Program-made: the position numbers and the translations under genes
Assembly: GCA_977017645.1 (NCBI GenBank)
Contig: OZ360235.1
Span: 37,138,001-37,202,000 of the forward strand
DNA: 64,000 bases
Origin: Torpedo marmorata
Lineage: Eukaryota
Direction: 5' to 3'
The notes under the pieces: model-generated
The model's database searches: none
Told to the model about the DNA's origin: nothing
What the model saw: only the letters and a program-made list of their open reading frames with translations
Part shown: piece after piece, positions 1 to 11,851 of the stretch
Layout of the letters: every line of letters starts with the position of its first letter
Position numbering within the stretch: the stretch's first letter is position 1

Positions 1-130
1 TTCAGGTGCCTGCCTGCTTTTTGTTCATACCTTGACAAAGGGCTCAGGCCCAAAACGATGGTTACATATCTTTGCTTCTTATGGACGCTGCGTGTCCTGC
101 TGAGTTTCTCCAGCACTTTTGTGTATTGTA
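1..130 (+). mobile_element. Penelope-like element 3' repeat (pLTR) fragment with degenerate hammerhead-like core
   Basis: CATACCTTGACAAAGGGCTCAGGCCCAAAACG...CTGCTGAGTTTCTCCAGCA matches the 3' end of the GIY-YIG-bearing copy at 16440-16610. Confidence 0.75.
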
Positions 131-1014
131 AGATAGCTAGCTGGGTCGGTTGTATATGTGCACTCATATTATTTAGATTTGGAGTAAGAACGATATGGGC
201 TGCATTGGGAAAGAATTGGAATGAGACATAGAGATTGAGTATTGACAAAGAATAGTGTGACCCTAAGATTGACTGCACTGGAATCTCAATTATCCACACT
301 TTAATTACTCTCATTGTAATCATCTGCCAAAATTGTTCATGAACAAATCCACATTCATGGCATTTCATCACTGCATAGCCTGTTATATTAATCTCCTGTC
401 TGATAGAATTCAATCTCACAGCCTACGAATGCTTAAATTTAAAGTGTGTTCACTGTGTTGTAGTTTTCGTATTCCCATGTTTCAGGAATTGCTACACTAT
501 GCATTCAGAAGCAGAGAATTCAGTAGTTATTCACCAATTTCCATTATCTACCATTCCACTGTAGCAAAGAACGATGGATTCACCATAAATTTTTCAAGTA
601 AAAAGGCAAAGAAATGTGGATCTAGATTATCAACTGTCTGGAATGTTGCCAGATGTAAATTCCAAAAAAGGTGGTGAGAAGAAACATTCAAGAATTTAGA
701 ATAATAATATTAAGAAGGTGATATGTAGATCTGTAATGATGCAAATAATTTAAAAAAAAACTTTCCATAAAAAGTCCTATGTTTCGTCTAAAATGATAGA
801 GAATCTGGATGCACAAATACTGTATGTGTCACTAAAACTAGAAAAGTTGATTCCAACACAATGAGAAGCTAACTGAGTACTGGGGTTCAAGAGGAAAAAA
901 TTTTAAAAACAGCAAATCTATGTAAATGCGTAATGAACCTTGGTTGACTGTGAACAGTTTTCATTTCCAATCATAAAATGGATAATGATTACGAGAGACA
1001 ATCCAAAATATTTT

Positions 1015-1685
1015 TACTTCTTCCTGAACTATGGCTTCCCATCTACCACTGTTAACAAAGCCCTTGAATGCATCGATTTATTTCCCACATCTCTGTCTCA
1101 ACCCCTCTCCTCCAGGACAGAGCAGGGATAGAGTACTTCTGGTCCTCACCCTCCACACCCCAGCATCTGCACTCAACATGTCAATCTCCACACTTTCATC
1201 TTCATTCTGGACACAATATTGAATTCTACAACTTCAGATAACTTGATTTATCTGTCTGAATCAGTTATTCATCTCTGATATATCCTCAACTTGTTTGTAT
1301 GTTTTTCCCTTGTTAACCTTTTCTTTCGCTAGAGGTGAAGAAGATGCCCAACCTGACCTGTCAGGCATGTCTTCCTGCTCCACATTTTGCAGTTCCTACA
1401 TTCATTTGTCTATGTTCTCAGTCTAATTGCTCCTATTCACTCATTAATGTTGTTTACAGTCTTCCTCGTGGTTACCCCTGGGTTTATCCTATCAGAACAT
1501 CCTTCCTCCTCCACCCTCCTTGCAGCTTAATAAGCTTCTTCTCTCTCCTCCCCAATTCTGATCTCGGGCCTTTAATCTGAAATATCAACTCTGTTGGTCA
1601 AACTACAAATGTGGCCTGATCTGCTGAGTATTTCCAGCATTTTCTGTTTTATTTTATTTTATCTGCAGTATTTTTTTTACTTTCA
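1015..1685 (+). mobile_element. Old degenerate Penelope-like element fragment
   Basis: Peptide remnants FFLNYGFPSTTV and RDRVLLVLTLH resemble the PLE RT C-terminus; ends in the CTGCTGAGTATTTCCAGCATTTTCTG tail shared with other PLE copies. Confidence 0.55.
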
Positions 1686-2807
1686 ATGCAAAAGATTTAT
1701 TAGAATGACACTGGAACTAACAAGATAGAGCCATCAGGAAAGGCAAGGATTCTGCTCTCCAGAAAAGAACAAGGGAGAAAAACATAAAACAAGATGTTGA
1801 ATAGATTGGACAGAAAGGGCTGAGAGAAGCTGGTCCAGACACATATACGCCTGCTCTGTGAAATGCTCTTAGTTCTGTAGTATAAATACTATTAAAAAAG
1901 TGGAATCTAACTAAGTAAGAAGTATGAGGAGAGAAATTTGTAAAACCAATGGAAGAGAATAAGGATGACACCAAGTAAACCAAAAATGACTGGTTTTGAG
2001 ATACACTGAGGAACAGCATTGCCACGGAATGTTGGCAGAGAACAGTAAAATGGAGAAAAAATAAAATAAAGGACAATGTGAGCTAGACATAAAGGATGGG
2101 ATGAGAAAAACTGCTGAAATAAAGAAGTTTAAAAAAAGTCCACAGGACACAACATGAGCAATAGCATAGAAAGTAAAATAGTTTGTTCTGGGTTGTGAAA
2201 GGAATTTCCAATATAAAGTTGTCACATTGTGACATGATATTTTAAAATATTTTAAGATGAGGTTGGATGACACTATGCTCTCACAAATATTTCTGAATGA
2301 TCTTTTTTCATTCTTGATTAAGTAAATGGAATTTCAAATGAGTTGAAAGTAAAATATAATGTATAAATAGTATATATATCACAGAGACAAGATTATTGTG
2401 TTTTGTTAGTGTTTGGATTGTTTATATGCCAAAAGCAATGGAACATTATGCTTTTCTGGATTTGCTTTTTAAATGGATTGTCATTGGATATTAAAACACC
2501 AACTGAAGTCATTTTTCACTCCAAATCCTAATCAATAACAGATGCAAATGTCCAGCAAGTCAAGCAACATTTGTGGTCAGAGAGTTATTTTTGATTATGT
2601 TCCAATGTTTATCTAACCAATCACATCAGTTAGTTATACGGGGTACTTTTTACCTGGAGAAGTTGCAAATGTCTGATCATACAATCAAAGATTAGATGGT
2701 CCACAAAGAGACCCATCATAACTTCTTGCATGTCATATCTTTGAACATTATGAAATCCACTGGACAAGCATAAAGCACTATCAACAACATGGCAACAGAA
2801 TGTAGGC

Positions 2808-2954
2808 CAATGGTTCTCAACCTTTTTTTTCCACTCACATACCACCTTAAGTAATCCCTTACTAACCACAGAGCACCCATGGCATCCAATGCATCCCTAA
2901 GTGATTACTTAAGGTGGTATGTGAGTGGAAAAAAAATAAGGTTGAGAACCACTG
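2808..2954. mobile_element. Palindromic hAT (Charlie-like) MITE
   Basis: TIRs CAATGGTTCTCAACC / GGTTGAGAACCACTG, near-palindromic body, perfect 8-bp TSD ATGTAGGC (2800-2807 and 2955-2962). Confidence 0.9.
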
Positions 2955-3144
2955 ATGTAGGCCTTGATTTCATGGCTAACAAACTGAATGTAGTTAAGCT
3001 TAGATTGTATGGAGCATTGCTCAGAGCTTTGGGTACCATGCTGCATGAAGGATATATTTGGCCGAGGAGGGGATGCAATAGATATGGTGTTTAATGAACA
3101 GGACATGTTACATAAAATGCCTTTACAATCCCTTGAATATAGAT

Positions 3145-3518
3145 CAGTGGTTTTCAAACTGCCCCCCTAATCCCACATTGCACCTTAAGCAATCCTTATT
3201 CCATAAGTGCTCTGTGATTGGTAAGGGATTGCTTAAAGTGGTCTGTGAGTAGGAAGGGAAGGTTGAGAATCACTGCTCTAGACCCAATTGTTACTGAAAT
3301 ATTTTGCTTGAGAAAAATTGTCATTGGCCCATTTCCTTTGGGGTTATGAAACCGTGCACATAACGAGTCAAATAGGTTCGATTAAAACAGTGGTTTTCAA
3401 ACTTTTTCTTTTCACTCACATACCACCTTAAGCAATCCCTTACTAATCACAGAGCATTTATGGCATAGGGATTGCTTAAGGTGGAATGTGAGTTTGGGGG
3501 GCAGTTTGAAAACCACTG
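3145..3518. mobile_element. Composite hAT MITE: two MITE units flanking a ~110-bp spacer
   Basis: Outer TIRs CAGTGGTTTTCAAACTGCCCCC / GGGGGCAGTTTGAAAACCACTG, perfect 8-bp TSD ATATAGAT (3137-3144 and 3519-3526), inner TIRs at about 3261-3275 and 3388-3402. Confidence 0.9.
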
Positions 3519-4256
3519 ATATAGATGATTCCTTGATGGGGAAATGAAAATGAGGTGACGTGGTCTTAAAATTTATCTCACTATTTAGGAGGAATATCAG
3601 GGAGTGCTTATTCACATAAACAGTCGCAGAGACCTTACCATGCCTAATGCGACCACTGGGATAATTGACACTTTAAAGATTTTTGTTTGCAATGGTTATC
3701 AAGGAATATTGAGCTAAGATGGATATATAGAGTTGTGGAATAGATTAACATTGATCTGATGAAATGATGGTGCATTTTCAATCACTGAATAGCTCATTCT
3801 TGTTCTGATACTCACTTGCCAATATCCACAATTGGTTGAAAATCCCAGTGCCATTTGTGATGGTCACAGATTTAAGGCCTGAGGTGAACAGAGAAACCTT
3901 TATTGCACAACGTCCCTCTGTCCCCTCCAACGCTATACTGAAGTAACTGAAGGTTTCATGAATGAGATTTAAACAAAAAAATCATCTTATCTAAATGATA
4001 TTTGAAAGGATAATCTATGTTTTGGGAGTTCCACTTTCTTTCAGTGCAATCTGGCTTGGGATGCACATTTCCATGGTTATATCTTTAAAATTTCAGTTGT
4101 GCAGACATTGACCAAATGCAGGTGTCTGCCCAAAGTTGATGCTTCCATCACGATAGGCTATAAATCTCTGACCTAAAGCCCATGTGTAGAGGCAAAACTT
4201 TTATAAATAACCACTGTATTCAACCGTGCATTTTATATTTGCTTAAGGAACCTATT

Positions 4257-4648
4257 GAACATAAGAACATACGAAATAGGAGCAGGAGTCGGCCATCTGG
4301 CCCATCGAGCCTACTCCACCATTCAATGAGATCACGGCTGATCTGATGATAGGCTCATCTCCACCTACCTGCCTTCTCCCCATATCCCTTTTTTCCCCTA
4401 CTATGTAAAAATCTATTCAATCTTGTCTTAAATATATTTACTGAGGTCGCCTCCACTGCTTCAATGGGCAGCAAATTCCACAGATGCACCACCCTCTGGG
4501 AAAAGCAGTTCCTCCTCATCTCCATCCTAAATCTACTCCCCTGAACTTGAGGCTATGTCCCCTAGTTCTAGTCTCCCCACCAATGGAAACAACTTGCCTA
4601 CCTCTATCTTATCTATGCCTTTCAGAATTTTATACGTTTCTATGAGAA
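4257..4648 (-). mobile_element. CR1 LINE 3' fragment
   Basis: (GAACATAA)n tail followed by AGGAGCAGGAGTCGGCCAT; reverse strand resembles the CR1 ORF2 C-terminus of the long copy at 53150-53500. Confidence 0.8.
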
Positions 4649-6401
4649 TATTGTATTCTATATTGAAAAGCATGATTAATTATATACAAACAGCAGCCAT
4701 AGCATTTCCAAAGGGTCCAGTAAATCATTTTAAATTAAGTTTAGATCCAGATACTTTATGTGGTTTGCACGTGCACCTCATGTGGAGTTTCCTCATGCGC
4801 TCCAGTTTCTTCCCTTATCTCAAAAACATGCTGGTAGATTAATTTGCAGCTATAAATTGTCCCTTAGCATATAGAAGTGGCAAAAGAATGAAAAGGGAAT
4901 AGATTTGACACTCATGTGAGAGAGAAGAGGTTACAGGGAAATAACTAAGGCAATGGGACTGATTGCTCTGAGAAGGAGCACAGTCATGATGGGCCGAATA
5001 GCTTCCAAGAGCGTCTTATGAAGTAAAGCTGAGAATAATTCTATTGGTTAGCAAACCAGACTTGGTAAAAATGCCTCAATGAGCAATTTGCCAACAATGC
5101 ACCTATTTATCTGTGACTAGTGCCATGATTTAAGCTATAATGCCTTGAAAGCTATACCTACTGTAATTACTAATCACGTTAGCATTAAAAAAAGACCAAG
5201 GCACAGCTGGCTTTTTCTGCGCAATATAATCTCTGTAATGAAGCATAAACTACTAAACTCCTCACTGAATTACAGGAGTGAGTGAACTGACAGATCACAA
5301 CAGAGTACATATTTTCAACTGTTCATGGTTCTTTATAAAAAAAAACGGACGTATTTTTTCAAAAACTTTCAAGGGTATTAAAAATTTACATCAGAGAAAG
5401 GCAAAGCACACTACAAATTGTCAGTAAACATTAGCGTCACTGTTTTTTATGCGATGTCACAGAGCTGTAGGTAAATCCTGTGTTGGATTTATTGAGACAG
5501 TTTATGACTTTATGAGGTTATTCTTATTTAGAAAGTATTTCTGCTTACTTTGACATTTTTCTCTTCGGATCTGCACTGAAGGACAATTTTTTGTTCTAAT
5601 TTACTAAAATTTATAATCTGTACATTTTAGTGAAAGGATAAATGATAGGTATGTTCAGCTGCACAACTCATAGTTATCATTAAGCAGCAGGGTGATACAT
5701 TTGAAAAGATTTTGCAAACATTTTTCAGAAATTAGGACCCTGTTATAGTAAGTAATTAAAATTAAAATGAAATATACATTAGTCTAACTCATCTTTTATG
5801 CAAGAAATAAGTGTAAACCAATTGGTTCTTTTGGGGTGACATTTAAAATACTGTTCTGAATTCTTCTCTCAGATTCTACTTAGTTTTTCAAATCTTCCTC
5901 GTTCCAAATCCTTGATACTAAAACTTGCTTTTGAACATTTTCTCCCCCATGCCAATATCAGTTACCATATACTTAAGTGTTAACAAGAGGTTGAGATTTG
6001 TTTGGCAAAGTGAAATTTCCTTCTGTACCATCCATTAATAGAAAATTGATAGATCTGTTGCAGCAAGAGGCTGGGGGAATATTTGGAATGAACCCTGATG
6101 AACCACAGGTCTATTGGAGCACTCTATATCAGATGCAAGAACCAGTGAAGCCTCAGTAAGTTCCCTCCACAGCAATTGTGGCATTGAGTTCTGAGGCATT
6201 TAGGGTGAGATTTTGGGCAGATAAGAGTGGTATTATACACTTCTGGTGCTGCTGTAAATGCACTGTTGGATAATCACAACCTTTTCCTTCTGCCAGAGGG
6301 TGCCCCCATTGGAGATTGAAGATATTTGAATTCAACTACCGTAATAGAAATTAAGTTGGGAGTCACAGCAGTATCAAGGAAACATCTAAAAACCTAATGG
6401 G

Positions 6402-6605
6402 ACTCTCTCTCTCTCTCTCTTCCCTTTTCACCAGCCTTTTAATATAGGCCCCTGCCTGCTTTTTACTCATACCTTGAGGATGGGCTTAGGCCTGAAACGT
6501 CGGTAATACATCTTTACCTCCTATGGTCACTGCAAGACCTGCTGAGTTCCTCCAGCATTTCTGTGTTTTACTACAATCACAGCATCTGCAGACTTTTGTG
6601 TTTCA
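6402..6605 (+). mobile_element. Short Penelope-like pLTR copy (internally deleted form) with hammerhead-like core
   Basis: (CT)n then CATACCTTGAGGATGGGCTTAGGCCTGAAACGTCGGT...CTGCTGAGTTCCTCCAGCA; same layout as 62800-63005. Confidence 0.8.
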
Positions 6606-7919
6606 CACCCCTGTTTCAACATTGTTGCCTGACTCAGAAAACCAAGGCCTATTCATATTGAATTCATATATGAATTTAGGGTAACGCAAAGTAAATTTTC
6701 TACCTGGCTCCCCAGCATATATTCAACTAGTTTTTAAAACAGAACAACCCCAGTTCTCTGTTCTCTACACATAACTGATGCCATTCCACTAAATCTATAA
6801 AGCTGGCATGGTGAATTCATATAAAAGCTTATCAAAGCAAATCACTCCTGACCTCTGAATCATCATTCCAGGATGGTGTTATAGGCGCAATAATTTTTAA
6901 ATGACTGGTTCAAATAGATGAAGTAATGAGAAATGTGTAACCTTCAGTGTAAATGATAACAAACAGCGGGGCCGTGTCCTCTACATATTTTGGTACACAT
7001 GTATCAAAATATACTACTAGACATAATTGCTAAATTTTAATAAAGCATTAATATGAAAACAGTATTTTTGAATGGCAAGTGAAACCCAGGTCAATATTTC
7101 ACAATAAAGCCTTGCTCTCAGAGCGGCATATTCCAGTCCTTCGTTTGATGTCATTCATGTTGAAACTCCTACAACAGCTACTATACATACTGAGTGAAAG
7201 TCTATTCCCAGGACACCATTGGTCTCCTAGTTAACACCCATGGACTTCCCAGGCATCATTTCACATGACAGCTGAATCAATCATCCAGGAGCACGTCAAT
7301 TTTTCCACCATTACCATTTAGGTCACAGTTGTTTTGAATTCGGTGTTCTGGGTCATGAACTGTTCACGAGGTTTTGAAAACATCTGAAAATGGAATTCTA
7401 CATAACTTGTAGGTTTAACCTTGCAATCCACAATAAATTCTCTTAACAATTTATTTGCACATAAACCTGCTTTAGAACATCAAAGCTACCTATGGATCCA
7501 GAAAATACAAGATACTTGAAGCAGTTCAGCACAGATATATTTTTTGTGTAGGTCACTATAACTCAACTTATTTCCAAGGAGCTGCCAATGATTCATAATT
7601 AGGAAATTTTAAATAACTGCAACTTAATTTTACTTATTCCATTTATTTACTAGTACTGTATTATATTTAGCTCACAATTGACAAGATAATTAAGACCTCT
7701 GCATATTAAATGGACATTACCTGTGTAAAAATTGTGTTTGAAACTCTTGTATATTTGTATGTGAACAACACTGTCCAGAGTACCTAACTTGTTAAAATTA
7801 TTGTATTTAATTCAGGATTTTCTGGAATCTCCTTCCACTAACTTTAAGACAGCATATTTCTGATCACAACGGCTGTGCTTCACCATAAATCTCTATCATC
7901 TGACTTAGAAAACAATTTC

Positions 7920-8800
7920 CACTCATTTACTCCATCCAAACCCTTCCTGACTTTGAACATCTCTATTAAATTTCATCTCAATCTCTGCTCCAGGCAGAAT
8001 AACTCTGGCGCTTCTCATCACTGATACAGTTCTATCATCTTCTACACCTTCTGCAAGAGGTTGACTTCTTTCCTTAAGGGTGATGCTCACAACTGAAAAT
8101 AATGCCAAAGCTGAAACCCTTGGAAGGGTTTAGCATTAACTTCCCAATTTTTATGCTCCGCAAATCATAATTATTTTCGAACGCCTTTCAAATATTTTGC
8201 ACATCGATCCCTATGTCGCTTAAGTCACATTCCCTTTAACATTGTATAATTTATCACATCCCCTTTAACATTGTATAATTTAGCCAATATGGCATCCTAA
8301 TTCTTCTGACCAAGGGTCATCGTTTCACGCTTCTCAGGATTGCACTTCATTCGGCAGATGAGTGCCTACTTCACCAGTCAGTCAATGTGCACCTGAGGTT
8401 TAATCCTATTTTCCACATTGCTCACTTTCCTGATCGTTGTGCAAAAACAGTGAATTATACCTGGTACATCCAAATCCAAGTCATTAGTATAAATAGATAG
8501 CATAACATAGTAAAAAAAAGTTATGGTTCCAATTGTGCACCCCTCAATGTTTCATTCTAGTTTGAAAATTCACCATTCAGCACTATCTTGTTCCTCAGAC
8601 AATTTTGGTTGCTTGCTGCCAATTTTGCTGTAATTTGTTGGGTTATAGTTTCACTATTATGTGATAGTTTAACAAGTGCACGTTTAACGTCTGTATAAAT
8701 TTAAGCTTTTCAAGGAACTCAATCAAATTAAACATGATTTTCCTTTACCAAATTCATGTTGACTGTCATTTATTAATTCATTCTTTTACAGGTGGCAATT
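7920..8800 (-). mobile_element. Old degenerate CR1 fragment
   Basis: Patchy similarity to the reverse strand of the CR1 RT region (e.g. TCAAGGAACTCAATCAAATT, CCAAGTCATTAGTATA); no ORF. Confidence 0.45.
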
Positions 8801-8974
8801 AATTTTGTTCCAGGTTACCGTGATTAATTGATCTCCAACCAGATAGCTAACTGCTCAATAATTTCCAAGGATTTCCCTCTCCTCTTTTCTTGGACAGGAA
8901 TTTTCTTTCAGTACTCCAGCATATTCCTCCCATCTAATATGGTTTTTAGACATAAATACCGAGAATTTCCCATC

Positions 8975-9270
8975 ATCAATTTGCATACTTACCCTCCGGA
9001 GTGGTCGTTCACACAGGAAGGACATTTACACTAACTTCCTGCGTTGCGGTGATTTCGGAGGGTGGACGTCGTATTCATTAGCTCATTGTTGCGGACCGCC
9101 TGCAGTTCAGTTTAGACTGCAGGCAGTCCGCAAAATTGTCTCGGGCTGCTGCAGGAAAAATGTCGGGATGGAAATTAGTTACTAATTTCCATCCCGACCT
9201 TTTTACACAGCCAGCGTTGTGGGAATTTTGTGAGAATTTCCCATTATGCAGCGGCTGTGTAAAAGTCATA
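8975..9270. mobile_element. Putative non-autonomous DNA transposon (MITE), superfamily uncertain
   Basis: CpG-rich block with TTCACACAG / CTGTGTAAAA subterminal motifs and an internal palindrome (GTCGGGATGGAAATTAG...CTAATTTCCATCCCGAC). Confidence 0.45.
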
Positions 9271-9849
9271 TAAGTTTGCAGTTTGAATCATCACAGTTTC
9301 CACCATTCCATTGCACTGAAATGTAGAATGAATACCATCTGGAACAGGTTATGGTTCGACTGGCAACTGTTTAATGACATTCGCTTAATTTATTTTTCTC
9401 CAATATCACTACTGCCTCCTCTTTTAGCAACATGAACATACCTGTCGAAATGATAGTGCTACATTACATCATCCTGTCATTGCCAGGTTCCTGTTAGTGA
9501 GAATTTGGTCAAGGAACTAATTGCTTTATGTCAATGCTCTTTCTTCAGCTACACCTTCACCAGTATGACTCAAATAACTTCAGATATAGAGCTTCTGATA
9601 TAACTGCAATTGACAATCTGGGCATAAATGAGTTTCTGATCAAATTCACTTGTATTTTGTAAAATGTAAAATCTGCCATGAACCAGTGCAATTGGCAGCT
9701 GTTCTTCCATTGCCTCTGGTTCCGAAGCCTGGAAATTCCTATTCAACAAAATCATTAGAAGGAGGACTGAAGAAGCAGTAATTAGAAATGGGCAATAAAT
9801 GCTGATGTTGCTACATCCCAAAAAAATTAATTAAACCAAATAAAATAAA

Positions 9850-10650
9850 ACCATAGAGCATGAAACAGACCCGTTGGCCCTCCATGCCCATGGAGACCAC
9901 AATGTATCTACTATTTACTATTTGGCCTGTTGCCTTCTATGTCTTGGCAATTCAAGCGCTCATGCAGGTACATCTTAAATGTTAACCTACCTCCACCACT
10001 CACTCAAGCAGTGTGTTCCAGATTTCAATCACTCTCTGAGTGAAGAAGTTCATCTTTAAATTCTCTAACCTCCTCATACATCCCACCTATTTGTCCCACC
10101 TTAAGTCTTTAGTTTTAGACTCTTCTGCTGTGGAGAGAAGTTCCTACAATCTATCCTATCTGTACCCCTCATAATTTTACACAATTTTCTCGGGTCTCTC
10201 CTCAGCCTCCATTCTGAAGAAAATAATCACAGCCTTTCCAGTCTGCCCTTACCACTGAGACACCCTACTCCAGGAAATATCCTGTGAATTTCATCTTCAC
10301 CCTCCCCAGTGCAATTGCAAACATTCCCACGATCTTGTGACCAGAACAGCACATGGTACTCCAGCTGCAACACACAAATGTGCTGGAGAAACTCAGCAGA
10401 TTAACCAAAGTTTTATAAAGTTCTGCTATAACCTCCCTGCTCTACATTTTATGCTCCAGCTAATGACGGCAAGCATCTCTTTTGCCTTCTTCACCAACTT
10501 ATTTGTCACATTCAGAGATCCTTAGATATGTACACTGAGGGTTTTCAATACTCTATGGGCCCTGCCATCTGTTGCATAGGTCCCATTCTTATTAGTCTTC
10601 CAGAAGTTCATCACCTCCATTTATCGGGATTAAATGTTAACTGCCATTAA
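9850..10650 (-). mobile_element. Old CR1 3' fragment
   Basis: Colinear similarity to the 3' part of the young CR1 (CCACTCTCTGAGTGAAGAAG, CTATCTGTACCCCTCATAATTTT, GACCAGAACAGCACA). Confidence 0.65.
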
Positions 10651-10974
10651 TCTGACCATCTTATCAACTTTATATAATTTATTTTAGAAAGATTCTTTGA
10701 TATATGAACATCAGAAAGCTGCTTTAATGTAAAAAAAAAGGCAATTTAATCAGTGTCTTGTCCAACAACTACAAGTAAATAAATCAAAAGGACTAAAACT
10801 TTCTGGACCTGCTTGTTCTTTTGGTATTGCATAACCACTAAACCCTATAAAACATGCCAATCAGCAGCATAAAAAAAAATGATTTTGGAGTTTACACAAA
10901 GGCCTGAAAATAATTGTTGGAAAGGCAAGCACTCATTGCCTGTCTTTAATTTCTGATGGGTTTGTTGGGATTTA

Positions 10975-11222
10975 GGGGCGGAACAGTTAGCACAGCGGTA
11001 AGTGCAACGATGTTACAGCGCCAGCGATCAGGACCGGAGTTAGAATCCCACGCTGTCTGTAAGGAGTTTGTACGTTCTCCCCGTGTCTGCGTGGGTTTTC
11101 TCCGGGTGCTCTGGTTTCCTCCCACCCTTCAAAATGTACCAGGGGTTGTAGGTCAATTGGGTGTAATTGGGCGGCATGGGCCTGTTAGTGTGCTGCATGT
11201 CTAAATTTTACATTTTAAAATT
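10975..11222 (+). mobile_element. tRNA-derived V-domain SINE (HE1-like)
   Basis: tRNA-like head with A/B boxes, V domain GTTCTCCCCGTGTCTGCGTGGGTTTTCTCCGGGTGCTCTGGTTTCCTCCCAC, AT-rich tail; repeated at 23017, 30993 and 59405. Confidence 0.85.
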
Positions 11223-11573
11223 AGAAGTCAACTATCCCACAATGTTTTGGAAATACTTAAGGCCAGACTAGGTAAAGATAAAAGATCTCTTTCCCAAAAG
11301 GATATTAGTAAACCAGGTAGGACTTAACAGTAATCTGTTCGTTCCATGGTCATACCAGAAAATTTAGCAGGCTGACATAATTGACTTGCATTTTGCAGCT
11401 ACAATGGAGGGATTTAAAATCATGTCTCTGAATTTTAGCCTCTGCTGAGCTTATCCCATCTCTAGAAATGATGATTCATTTGATCTGGGAACGTGGCCAA
11501 CTTTGTTGGAAAAGGTGAAATCTATTAGGATTTGTTTTAAACTAGCACAAGACATCACAAAGCACGTGCTGAA

Positions 11574-11828
11574 TGTAACTTATGCTTAAATCCCTGTGGT
11601 AAACCACTGTGTATAGGTTGTGGCTGGGTGAGATGTCTGGACATGCCCTCTGCTGACTGTTCCTGTGGCTCCTCCCACAGACCCCCTGACTAAAGGCAAT
11701 TGTGCCACTGCTCCTCCCCCAGTCCGGGACAGATGACCAGCATGGATGTGACTCCATTCTATTGCTAGTAAAAGCCTTTCAGTTCAAGTACAACTTCTAG
11801 TCTTTTGAAGTTATTGGTGGGCTCCTCA
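11574..11828 (+). mobile_element. 5' LTR of the Ty3/Gypsy retrotransposon
   Basis: TG...CA ends, degenerate TATA (GACTAAAGG, ~11688), poly(A)-signal-like AGTAAA (~11767), immediately upstream of the gag ATG at 11852. Boundaries are inferred because no 3' LTR is present. Confidence 0.6.
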
Positions 11829-11851
11829 ATTTTATTAGCAATAATTTAAGC

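Noticed and set aside
1717-2273. Hydrophobic ~120-aa minus-strand ORFs
   Set aside because: Low-complexity consequence of a purine-rich plus strand; no motifs or splice context.
8225-8282. 29-bp tandem duplication (TCACAT.CCCTTTAACATTGTATAATTTA x2)
   Set aside because: Ordinary slippage duplication inside an old CR1 remnant.
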